From: Asterias rubens
Lineage: Eukaryota
DNA length: 64,000 nucleotides
Reading direction: 5' to 3'
Assembly (NCBI RefSeq): GCF_902459465.1
Contig: NC_047069.1
Coordinates: forward strand, 19,530,001 to 19,594,000
In this document: in pieces, positions 49,001 through 61,000 of the stretch
Layout of the letters: each line of letters opens with the position of its first letter
How positions within the stretch are numbered: position 1 is the stretch's first letter
Position numbers and translations under genes: made by a program
Notes under the pieces: generated by a model
What the model was told of the DNA's origin: nothing
The model's input: the letters and a program-made list of their open reading frames with translations, nothing else
Databases searched by the model: none

Positions 49001-52000
49001 TGATTTTATGCTTACTGCGCGATTTCCATTTCATAGCGCTGCTTACAGTAAACACACAAAAAGGCATACTAACCTTCCGGTGCTTATTGCATGAAGATTA
49101 ATAACGTAACAGACGTAACAAACAGTGTTTGTGTGATGGATGAACGAATATATTAAGTCGAGAAGAACATTAAGTCGTGATAACTTATATTATTTATGTA
49201 AGCCAAGGCTTATGTCATTGCCAGACATGCATTGTTCCATTGGAAAACCTGTGCCCTGACAGAGAGTTATATTAGTAATGTGTATAACTGGTGATCTGCA
49301 ATCAAGTGTTTGATTACTCAGGGGTTTTCCTGATTTGGGGGATCTTCTCAAAAACCTCCCTGAGCCTTTAAAGTTTCTTGAAAGAATGGAAAGCAATCAC
49401 CAAAGGGAGAAAGAAATAGTCCACATTTTTTCCAAACCTGTTGTTCCCGATTTCTGGTGATGCACTGAGTCAGACCCGTATCCAGGAATTAATATTGTTT
49501 TGTATAATTATTATGTTTACTTTTATTTATTTATTTATGATTGCTATTTTTTCTTAGGGGGGGGCGGGCGGGTATATGAACGAAAAACGAATGTTGTCGC
49601 ATTAGCGTCGCTCGTTTAAGAATGAACTGTCTTTAAAAGTAGAAGAGTGCGTTCTTGGCTGATAAAAACAGAACTAGTAGATAGTCTAAGTTGTCTCTGT
49701 TAAAGGCACTGGACACCTAGGTAATTGTCAAGGACCAGTATTCTCACTTGATGTATCCAAAAATGTGCAGAAAATAACACTGGACAGTTTGGTAATTGTA
49801 AATAAAATAACACTGAACACCTTTGGTATTTGTCAAAGACCAGTATTCTCACTTGGTGTATTCCAACATATGCATACACGAACATATCTGTGAAAATTTG
49901 GACTCAAATTGGTCATCGAAGTTGCAGGAGAATAATGAAAGATAAAAACACCCTTTGTTGCGCTTTCAGATGCCTAATAAAAGGCTTCAGTCATGAAGTA
50001 TTTTATGGTTTGAGTGAGAAATTACCTCTTTCTTAAAAACCCTGTTACTTCAGAGGGAGCTGTTTCTCACAATGTTCTAACAATAGTTCTATACTATTAA
50101 CATCTCTCCATTGCTCAGCACCAAGTGCGTTTTTATGCTAACAATTATTTTGAGTAATTATCACTCGTGTCCAGTGCCTTTAAAATCTTATTTCATGCAT
50201 GTCTAGTGTGAAATACCTTGCTCAAGAGCACAAGTTTCAAGACTGGATATTAAACTTTAAGTTTACAGAATTATTGTCAACTCACCCAACCGGTAGTTTG
50301 TTCCAGTACCCCTTTTGTGCGGCCTACTGGGTCACCCACAACTCCTGCCGTGGCACAATCCCAAAGATGGTTTAAAAATATACAGATAAAAATGATAAAG
50401 ACACGAACAATGATGTTGATAATAAGACGCTTGGATGGAGTTGTTGGAGTGGTAGAGCGGAAAATTCCCTGTTTAGGGGAGTCCAAAAAAATATCTCAGA
50501 GTGTGATAGCTTTTTCAACTCTCAATGAAGTAGTCGTAGAACACAACTCAACACTCCACTTAGGCTAATGTGTCATGAGTATGCAGGGCTTGGTAGTACA
50601 AATACATCCTTATCTTCTGCCCAACTTGACTTTTGGAACATAACTATAGACTGGGAAGGGGTCACAAAGGTTAGAGATTCTATGGCATGCCTGATGGTGC
50701 AAACAGAGTTAACTATAAAGCCAGTATGGCATGCCTGATGGTACATGAGTACATACATTTCTCTAAACCCAGACTCAAATGGAGACAATACCAGGGCCCA
50801 TGTTCATGGCTCTGCTTCTGTAAGCAAAGAATCAGAGCTCATGGAAGGCAAGCAAGAAATGTTGTGCTTTTATAAGAGATTTTTTGCTTGTGCATATGTG
50901 CATACCCCATGTATTCTTAGCTTACACAGCTACCCCAGAATTGCGACGCTTGCCCTGTAAACGAAGAATGGTGATTTTATAAAGCTTATAAGCACAAAAA
51001 TTCACTAAGCAACAGAATAGTAAATTGCTTAGCAGAAACAGGCCACCTTTCCAAGTTACATTTTAATGTTTGCATTGTTGAGGCTGGTGGTCGACAAAAG
51101 TTTTGTTAAGCAAAGAAATTTGTAAAGCCGAATATTCTGTTTAACAGCTTCATGAAACTGGGCCATGAGCCATGAAATTTGGCCCGGAGTTTTGATCAGA
51201 TAAACTTGAATGTTCAATGAGAGCTTGAATTAAATTCTTTTTAAATCACCTTCTTGTTTCTTCTGCTACAGGTGAGTCGTGACGACCATCGTTACTTGAA
51301 GCAAGTGGAGATGCGCGAGGAAGGTGGAACGCCCTCTATTGTCGGGGCAGTGCGAGCTGGTTTGGTCTTCCAACTCAAGGAGGCCATAGGGGCAGATAAC
51401 ATCATGGCCAGGGAACATGAATTATGCAGGTTGAAAATATTATACAAATACTGTTGCATGATCAATATGACACTTTCGTTGGTAAACAATTTCTGCTAAG
51501 CAAGATTATTTGATGCATACTAAATTTTGTGCTTCATGGCTCTTTGCGTTTGGGCCTAGTTATAAAGGAGGAACATGCCCCATGAGTTTTTGTTGAAGGT
51601 TTTTTGTGTGAGTAGCATACCATCAGAGTTTGAACCATTTTGTATTTATTGTTTTTAATTTTCAGGAAAGCCCTGTCAAAATGGACAGATTGCACCAATC
51701 TCGTCCTGCTAGGCAACACAGTGGTTCCCCGTCTGCCCATTTTCTCATTTCTTATCCGCCACCCGACAACCGGTCAATTTTTGCACCACAACTTTGTCTG
51801 TGCTGTTCTGAATGATGTGTTTGGTCTACAGGCGCGAGGAGGATGTGCATGCGCTGGCCCCTATGCCCAGGTATACCTTGTTCTACATGGACTAGTTTTT
51901 TGTACTCAAGTGATATTAGAAGGGAAAACTGATGGGGTAAATTTTAACTAATGTGGGGTTGAACAAAAAACAAAACGTACAAGAGAATTGGAACTGCAAC

Positions 52001-55000
52001 TTCCAGACTAAAGGGTCTAGGTACTATTTGTAGGAAATAAAACACAATGTCCACAGGTTTACATTAAACTCACTCAGTTTGAAGATAATGATAGTAGAAA
52101 GCTTCCCTTAAAATATTACTTGCTGAGGTGCTGTAGTTTTTGAGAAATGAGTAAGCAAAGTCACAAAAATAATTGTTATCTCATGAGACAAACAATAATT
52201 TCAGCATGTAAAACATATTACCGTATTACTAATTTCTCATAAACTATAGCACCTCAGCAACTAATAATTTAAGGTAAGTTTTCTACTATCATAATCTTCA
52301 AATGGTGTAAGTTTAATGTAAATCTGTCTACATTATTTTTTGTGTTTTTTTGTGTTACAAAAAGTACCTAATCCTTTAAAGGCAGTGGACACTATTAGTA
52401 ATTGTGAAAGACTAGCCTTTACAGTTGGTGTATCTCAACATATGCATACAATAACAAACCTGTGAAAATTGGAGCTCAATCGGTTGTCAAAGCTGTGAGA
52501 TAACAATGAAAGAAAAAACACCCTTGTCACACGAAGTTGTGTGCGTTTAGATGGTTGATGAAATGAGGTCTCAAAATCAAATTCGTGGGAAATTACTTCT
52601 TTCTCGAAAACTATGTCACTTCAGAGTGAGCCGTTTCTCACAATGTTTTATACTATCAACCTCTCCCATCTACTCGTCACCAAGAAAGGTTTTATGCTAC
52701 TAAATATTTTGAGTAATTACCAATAGTGTCCACTGCCTTAAATGTGCTTGAGCTCTACCAAGTAAGCTATCTAGCCCTATGTTGGTACTCTCCCAATTTT
52801 TTTCGGGGGGGGGGGGGGGGTATCTCTAATAAGGACACCACCTACAATAGGGCTAGATGGCTCAAACGATAGAGCGCCAGGACATAATTCTTGAGGACTC
52901 GGGTTCAATTTCTGCTTCTGTCAATTTCCCTTAGTTCAACTCCAAATGACTAACTTGTTTGTTAACTTTTTATAGTCAAGATTGTTTTATATCTTCCCGA
53001 CAAAAAGCCTACAAAATGATAAATAGTTTGTGTATGCACTTTCTTTTCAAGGTCACAACTTTTTGTTGTCATCAAGTTCAATTTCCTAGTGTGTGCAGGC
53101 AATTCAATTTAAAGGTTTAAACATCTCAGTTAAACTTAAAGACACTGGACACTATTGGTAATTGTCAAAGACCAGACTTCTCACTTGGTGTATCTCAACA
53201 TATGCACAAAATAACAAACCTGTGAAAATTTGAACTCAGGTGGTTGTCAAAGTTGCGGGATAATAATGAAAGAAAACCGCCTTTTTCAAAGTTGTGTGCT
53301 CTCAGATGCTTGATTTTGCGACAACAAAATCTAAATCTGAGGTCTCGAAACCAAATTTGTGGAAAGTTACCTCTTTCTAGAAAACTAGGCACTTCAGAGG
53401 GAGCCTATCCTCACTATGTTTATACTATCAACCTCTCCTCACTACTCATTACCAAGTGAGGTCTTATGCTAATGATTATTTTGAGTTCCAGGCAATTGTG
53501 TCCACTGCCTTTTACAACATCTTCTGAAGATACTTTGGCACATTTCTTTTGTAGGATTTGCTTGGCATTAATGAGAAGCTCGCCAAAGAAATTGAGGCAG
53601 CGTTACTTGAAGATGGGTAAGATTTAAGACAAATTAAAGATGTATTTTTATTTTATTAACGACATTTGAAAGCAAGTTAACATTACTGGTTTTTGGAACA
53701 TCAGTATTAACAATTATTTATTAACCAACATACAAATAAAAAACAAAGCTAAGAAAATTGAATCTCACTCGGTCATCGCAGTTGCAATAAATTAGTTTAA
53801 AAACCTAAGTGTTTTCAAGCACTAAGTTTTTCCTTAGGTCCACAATGATCCCCTTCTGTGTTTTTGGCTATGTTTTGTTGCCTGCTTTTTAAAAAAATCA
53901 GTTTTACATTGATGTTCACAACTTCTAGTTAACATTCATGTAATATGCATTGAATTAGACTTAAACACAATCGATTTGATTTGTTTAAGGTAAGATTTAT
54001 TTCAGATAAGTCTAATTTCCCTGGATTGTACCTTATCTTTCGGCATAATTTTTTAAGTTTGCATCGTACGCAAATACCTCCTCTAGGCTGTTTGTCGAAT
54101 TTCACCAATATTGCAATTATCTTCTTTGGAGCTGATTATGCAGAAAATATTGCAAAACAACCTTCTTTCTGCAGTCAGAGATTGTACATGTGTAACATGG
54201 GCCCAATTTCATAAAGCTGTTTAGTAGAAAATACTGCTTAGCAAATTTTTTTGCTTAGCAAATAATGAGTGGGACACCATTGCAACAATGTAAACTTTTT
54301 GGAATTTTGGCTTGCAACCAGTCTCTGTTAAGCAAGATTTGTTGTGTGCTCAGCAAGTGTTTATGCTTACAGACTGTATGGAATTGGGCCATGGTTCATT
54401 TGGCTGGTATACTTACTCTGGTAAGCACAATTTTGTTGTGCTTAGCTATTTTTATTATGCTTAAGCAACTGATTCATTTCACTTGATTATGACATATTTC
54501 TTTCTCCAGTCGACTTGACAGAGTGCATCTGCGACGCTATACGGAATACTCGGAGAAAGAGATTCTCAGGTAGAGTGTTCAGTTATTTTTGACTTTTTTA
54601 AGTAAATGTAAAAAGAAAAAAAATTAAAATATATATTTAGCTGTTGCAAGAATTGCTCACCAAAAGGACCTTTGGTATAAATGCAAAAAATGGTTATCTG
54701 CCTGACGTTTCAAACCATGCATAGTCTTTCTCGAAAGCTTAAAAGTAAAATGTATTCGCCATTTGCGTGTGGAGCCTTGAATTTGGAACAACAGTAAATA
54801 GAAAACAATGTAATGACACTTACATCCAAACAGATACATTAATGCAGTATGAATGAACCATTAAGTTGTAACTCCACACACACACACACACATGGCGGAT
54901 TTTTGCAAAGGGCAAACAGTGAGACTACCAATATTAGAGCTACAATCCAAATATCTCGTTGGGCCCCCCTGCCCCCCCCTTTCAATGTCATTATTGCACG

Positions 55001-58000
55001 GTCTTCTTCTGCATTCCAGTCAACATTGGGCGAGGGGACGGGGGAGAGAATGATTATTGTCAGGGGAAGTGGACAGGGGGTGGCCCAAGCATTTTGGCCT
55101 GGATTGTAGATAACTCAGTTGGTTGAGCGACGGCACATATGTTAATTGTTGGTGTATTCAAATCAAAGTAAAGAATATCCTGGTCATTCTGTTTTAACAG
55201 TTTAACCTGCTTTCACTAAGATTTTAAGATGTGTAACTTGTGTGTACTTTTTGTTATTTTTAGATTGTTAAACATGCACCCATGAGAATGTTTCATGGAT
55301 GGACAATATATAAATGTTCATTTGTGTTAATATTTCTAGTTTGTATGATGCTGTCTTATTTTAAAAATGTACAATTTTTCTATTGGTAATATTTTGGTTC
55401 ATTTAATTTGTTACATTGTACACAACTTCATGCTGGTGTCCTTTATCATACTTGGGACTATGTTTGTTTTATCTACTCTTTATAAATAAATATAAGTAAA
55501 CGAATGCATCCACAGGAAAGGAAATGGAGGCCATTGTCTCTCTTGGCCTGGTCTTTGCCTTGGTGCCCCTTGATGCTCCCATAGACCTAAAAATGTTCCA
55601 ATGGAAGTGCCCTTTGCAAAATGAAACTTGCCTTGCCATCTTAAAGATGAAATACCAGGCCTGCATTAAGAATAGTGAAGTGCAGAAATATAAGAAACAG
55701 TCAAGGTTTTGCTCGATCTTAAATCTGCATTAGGGATAAAGAACACTATTTGGTTATACCCTAACACCGATGTGTGTACATAAGCACTGTATAATCACTA
55801 CTCAGTACAAGTAAAGGTACAGGGAATTTTGTTTTTACTCATTTTGTTTCTTCTTGTTACATCTTTGATCCAATTTCAATATAAGACCTGGTTTTGTCCG
55901 CATCAATCTGCCATATTTCATGAGCGACGACTGCGTGGACTTTGTGATTGAAGCTGTTACCATGGCAGCACAGCATGCATGGAAACTGCTCCCTCAGGTA
56001 TGAACATAAATTCTTATTTCACCCCGCTTCTGGAACTCTCTGCCTCAACATCTCAAGGACACACATGACATCTCACGATTCCAACATTCTCTCAAAACCA
56101 CTCTTTTCAGATTAGCCTATGCAGATATTGAGTGAAATTTTCTTCTTCTTTGACCAGCGCCTTTGAATGTTTTACAGATTAAGTGCGCTTTAAAAATGCT
56201 GTATTATTATTATTATTATTTAATAATACTAACATTCCTGCATTGGTGTAATTTCCGAGAGCATTTTGTTCACTTTTGTAATGTCTTTTCTGTAGCGCTT
56301 TGAGTAATTTGTTTATTAGAAAGTGCGCTTTAAAAGTTTGTATTATAATTATTATTGTTTATCAGTAGGCATCAACTCCAATTCTTTGGTTAACTTTCTT
56401 GTATATATACTTGTGTAGATATAACAAAAAATTCAATCCCTGTTCGCTTTAAAATTAAAAAAATTGTGTTTTTTTGTTTCCCCCAGTATATTTTCAATCC
56501 AGAGACAAGTGAATGGAAGCAGAGGGGACACCAAGTTTTCCAGGACAGACGATGGTTAGGATCGATCAATTATACAACGGGGAAGCTGGCTTACCCTGAA
56601 CCCAACGTGAAGAAGACTAAAGGACGGCTGCCAATAGATTATAAGGTACAATCCCGGCCAAAATACTTGGGCCACCCATTTGCAATAATAATACTAATAA
56701 TAGTAGTAATAATAAGATTAATGCGCATGTTTCCACCCTGCTGGGTGTTCAAGGCGCAGAACATGTTACAATTAACATTCCCTGTCCTCCACTTCCCTCC
56801 TGATAATAAACATTCTCTTCTCCGTCCCCTGTCCCCTCGCTCAATGTTGATGGGAGCGCCGAAAACCGTGCAATGAGAACCAACATTGAAAAGGGGGCAC
56901 AAGGGCCCAACGAAATATGGCTGGGATCGGGATTGTAACCTGTTGGCTTGTGGGATTTGGGGTTGGAGTTACTTGGTACTGCCGTAGATTTCACCAAACT
57001 CTTCCTAACTTAAGATTAATCATAGGACTTTGGACGAGTCCCAACCCTGCACTGTAGCATGCAGACCTTAAGATTAATCCGAAGTTAGGATTAGTTACTC
57101 GTCCTAACTCGAGATAGGATTGATCCTAGTGTTTCGTGAAATCAGCTGCTGCTCTACTTGGCAACTTACCAGGGCCCTATTTAATAAAGCCTGTAATAAA
57201 AAAAAACTTGCTAAGCACAGAATAGTATTGCTTAGCAAGAATTAGGTTACTAGCCAAACTTACGTTATAAGTTTGCATTGTTGTGGCTGGTACCCCTCTC
57301 AATTTTTGCTTAGCAAAGAAATTTGTCAAGCAGTATTTTCTTCTTAAACCTGCCTTTGAAACATAATGTAATTAAGACATTTTAATTGTTATTAAGATTC
57401 AGTTGTCATTAAATCTGAATTGATTGATATCGTTTCTGTTTACCAGGACTGCCTGAAGCTTGCAGAGGAAATATTTAAGAGAGCAGAAAAGGTAAACTTT
57501 TAACAGTCATGATAAATTTGTAGATTAAATACAGTGTGTGACTAATTAAGAGATTAGGGCATTGGGAGAGGCACATTGTTTTGATGTATGATGTGTCCAG
57601 TTTTCGCTGGTTAAAAAAAATTACAGGTTAATTGATTTTATTGATTTTTTTCTTTTACAGTTCTGTATTTTTTAATTTTTTTAATGTTTTTTTTTTTTGT
57701 AGGTCAGAGTCCAGTTACCAGACCAGACATTACTGTTTGACGAAAAGGCTTCAGAGCTCCGTTGGTTCATGCTGCCTAGTGAGGCTAGAGATCTCCTAGG
57801 CAGTAGTACATCACAACTACAAGGCCATGATAATACTAAAAAACTTCCTTTTGAGCCCATCAAGTACAAAGAAAGTTTCAGGGTCGATAATGTGGAGAAG
57901 AGAGGAGGTCAGATTCAGGAAGTCTCTTTGGAGGAGAGGTTTGCCGAGGAGGATCGTCTCAAGAAGTCATCGGAAGACTTGACCAGAACTTTGGGTGGTT

Positions 58001-61000
58001 CTGTCTTAGAACACACAAGAATCCTTGTAAGTGTAGAGTCAAAAGATGATTGTACATCGTCATGTGCAGAGTTGTTTCTAAAAACCGTTGAGGAAGGATT
58101 CGTTGGTGAGAGTGGCGATAGATGGCCTGAATCATCTACGATCACAAACAGAACTGACGATGGGGTTGAAGGTCATAGGGACGATACGATGGTGGATGCT
58201 GTGAGTGACCCTCGGACGGATTTGCTGCAAGAATCAGTTTGTGATCTTGACAAAGCTGCCAGTCGCAACAGCTCGTTGTGCATCGGTGACAAATCTGGAA
58301 TTGAGAGAAATTTGACAAGCGGTCAATGCAGGGTATCAAATGTTGAGGAAGACCTATCGGAAGTAAACAATCTAACCAAACTGACAAATATTGGAATTAA
58401 TGAATCACTCTCTAGGTCTGCCGTAGCGCATCCCAGACCCTCAGCTGTTAATTCTTCCATCGTTGTAACAACCCCGCAAACAGATAGCTCTGCGGGTAAC
58501 GCTGCGTTGTCTTTAGCATCAGAAAAAATCGATAACAAACCTTATGCACTAAGTCCTAAATCCAACCATTTTGTATCAAATTTGGATCAACTACAAAAAG
58601 CGGGGAGTAATCATCCAATAGAAACCCATCACTCTGTGGATAGCTCTGTTGAATCTGACGATAAAAAACCAGGAGGTTCCACTGCATTAACTTCATCCAA
58701 AGAAGAAGATACCACACAAGTTGAAAATGGATCTGTGGAACCACAAAGGACAACGACTGGTGTTCCAAAGAAAACTGAGAGCAGGAAGAGTGGAATTCCT
58801 GGAAGCAAATCAGGTTTTCAAAAACCACCAAAGAATATCTTTAAGCCGACAGTACAGGTAATGTAATATTTAGTTCTTGTGCTAATCATTGGTTTTTCCT
58901 TTTTTTGCAGAGCAACCAGATATAGTTCTAGCTGGTTTTTTTTTTCGGTTTTTTTCTTCTCAATCCTTCAGGAGGCACTGTGTTGTTTTTTTGTTTTTGT
59001 TTTTTTAATATTTTTTATTGCAACTTTTTTTTACCTACAATTTACTTGTATCTATTTTAATATCTTGCAGTTTTAATTATTTTTGTAATTGGCCTGATGT
59101 TGACCCAAGCAGAGTCTTTCTCGAGGCTTTAGCTATTTTTTATGCTTAAAAGCAGCTGGGCCCAATTTCATAGAGCTATTGCACCAGAAAATATTGCCCG
59201 ACTTAGCAGAAATAAGCAGGATTTCAATCACAAATTGAACATGTGACATAGTTTTTTGGCTGGTAACCCCATTCTGATAAGCCTAGTTTTATTGTGCTTA
59301 ACTACTTTTTGCACGTGGGCAGTTGTATAAAAGTGGGCCCGGGAAGATTAACTAAAACACCACACACTTATTGAGGGTCTTATAAGGGTGAGAAAAGTAT
59401 CGTAAGCCTCTGCATTCTATGTTCATTTAATATTATATCAAAGATAATATTAATAATAATAATAATAACAAAGTTTTATAGAGCACACATATCCACAAAA
59501 GTGCTCAGGGCGCTATTAAAACAAAAAACACAAAGAACAGATTAAATTCCAATGAATGGATCTATTGACATGAGGTGTGTTTTGAGAGATGTTTTGAAAG
59601 AGTGAATAGAAGTGGATGTTTTGATGTGAAGAGGTAGTTGATTCCAGAGACATGGTGCTGCAACAGAAAGAGATCTGTCCCCCAAGTGCGATTAGACTTG
59701 ATTTCTTGAAGAAGATATCTGTTTGCAGAACGAATGTTGCGAGGTGGTTATGTAGATGTTGAGCATGTCTAGGATGTAAGCAGGTCCTTGACCATTAAGA
59801 GACTTGAAAACAATGAGCAAGAGATTATAGATGATTCTTGAAGATATTGGGAGAAGATGGATCCTCTTTTTATTATGATTTGCCTTTTAATTCTCCTATA
59901 GGCCCTTGAGGAATACAAGATGATAGAAGATGGAGATCGCGTCTTGGTGGGTCTCTCTGGAGGCAAAGACAGTCTCTCACTTCTACATACACTCAGACAG
60001 TACCAATTCTACGCAAAAAGCAAGGTATGCACTCTGTTAAAACAAACTTTAAACCTGCCTATACACTGGTACCACAAGTCCTGTGGGTGTGGTGGCCGAG
60101 CGGTCTAGAGCGGGGGGACTCAAGTTCTGTAAAAAAAAAAGAATGTGGGTTCGAATCCTGGCCTGGTCAGTTGTGACACTTGTGACCTTGAGCAAGGCAC
60201 TTGATCAATTATTGTTTCTCTCCACCTAGAAGTACAAATGGGTACCGGTGAGAGCTGGGGAGTAATCTGGGATGGACTGGCATCTTTTCCATTGGGAATA
60301 AAAATATTCTCAATGCAATGGGGGACTTTCGGGACGCTTGGTGGCAGCAGACTTACCAGGTAAAATCCATTGTTCTCAGTAATGTGCGCATGCTCAGAAT
60401 TACGTAAACAATGGAAATTTACCTGGTAAGTCTGCTGCCACCTAGCACCTCAAAGTCTCACATTAATGCCAAGGAACAAAGAGTACATAATTTTTTTTAA
60501 TCAAATATTCTTTTTAAAATTCTGGAAGTTCAAATATGCACAAGACGAGCACAATCTGTTATCAGGAAACGCCATGGCCTGTGTACTGTGGACTTAAAGT
60601 ATATGTATTAAGTTTTTATCTTGATGTGTTTTTTCCTTAGAATTAATTTCAGATGTGTGAAATCTACAAAGGTAAAAAAATTACAGAACTGCATTGAATT
60701 GGAAAACTAACTTACTTTTTGTTGTTGCAGGGAATCTGTTTTGAGATTGGTGGGGTAACAGTTGACCCACAGACATTGGCCTATGACCCTCGACCTCTAA
60801 TACCATATTTGGCCAACCTGGGAGTGCCATACTTTTACGAGGAGCAGAGTAAGTAAGATTTGAAGAACGTCTTTTGGAGAGAGGTTGTCTCCACAGTGTG
60901 GTCACAAACTAGCCAGTTTTTATGTAGAAGAGTTTATACAACAACGTATCTGTGCACTTTAATAATAATAACCAATTCTTATATAGTGCATTTCACAATA

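Noticed and set aside
50277-50486. Minus-strand 69-aa ORF with a hydrophobic stretch ending at a gtgagt donor
   Set aside because: No clear start or acceptor and no recognisable family. It could be a TRIM4 5'-UTR exon, but this is unsupported.
59088-59130. Penelope-terminus-like motif (also 54690-54735) as a hammerhead ribozyme
   Set aside because: The canonical CUGANGA/GAAA core with closing stems could not be assembled.
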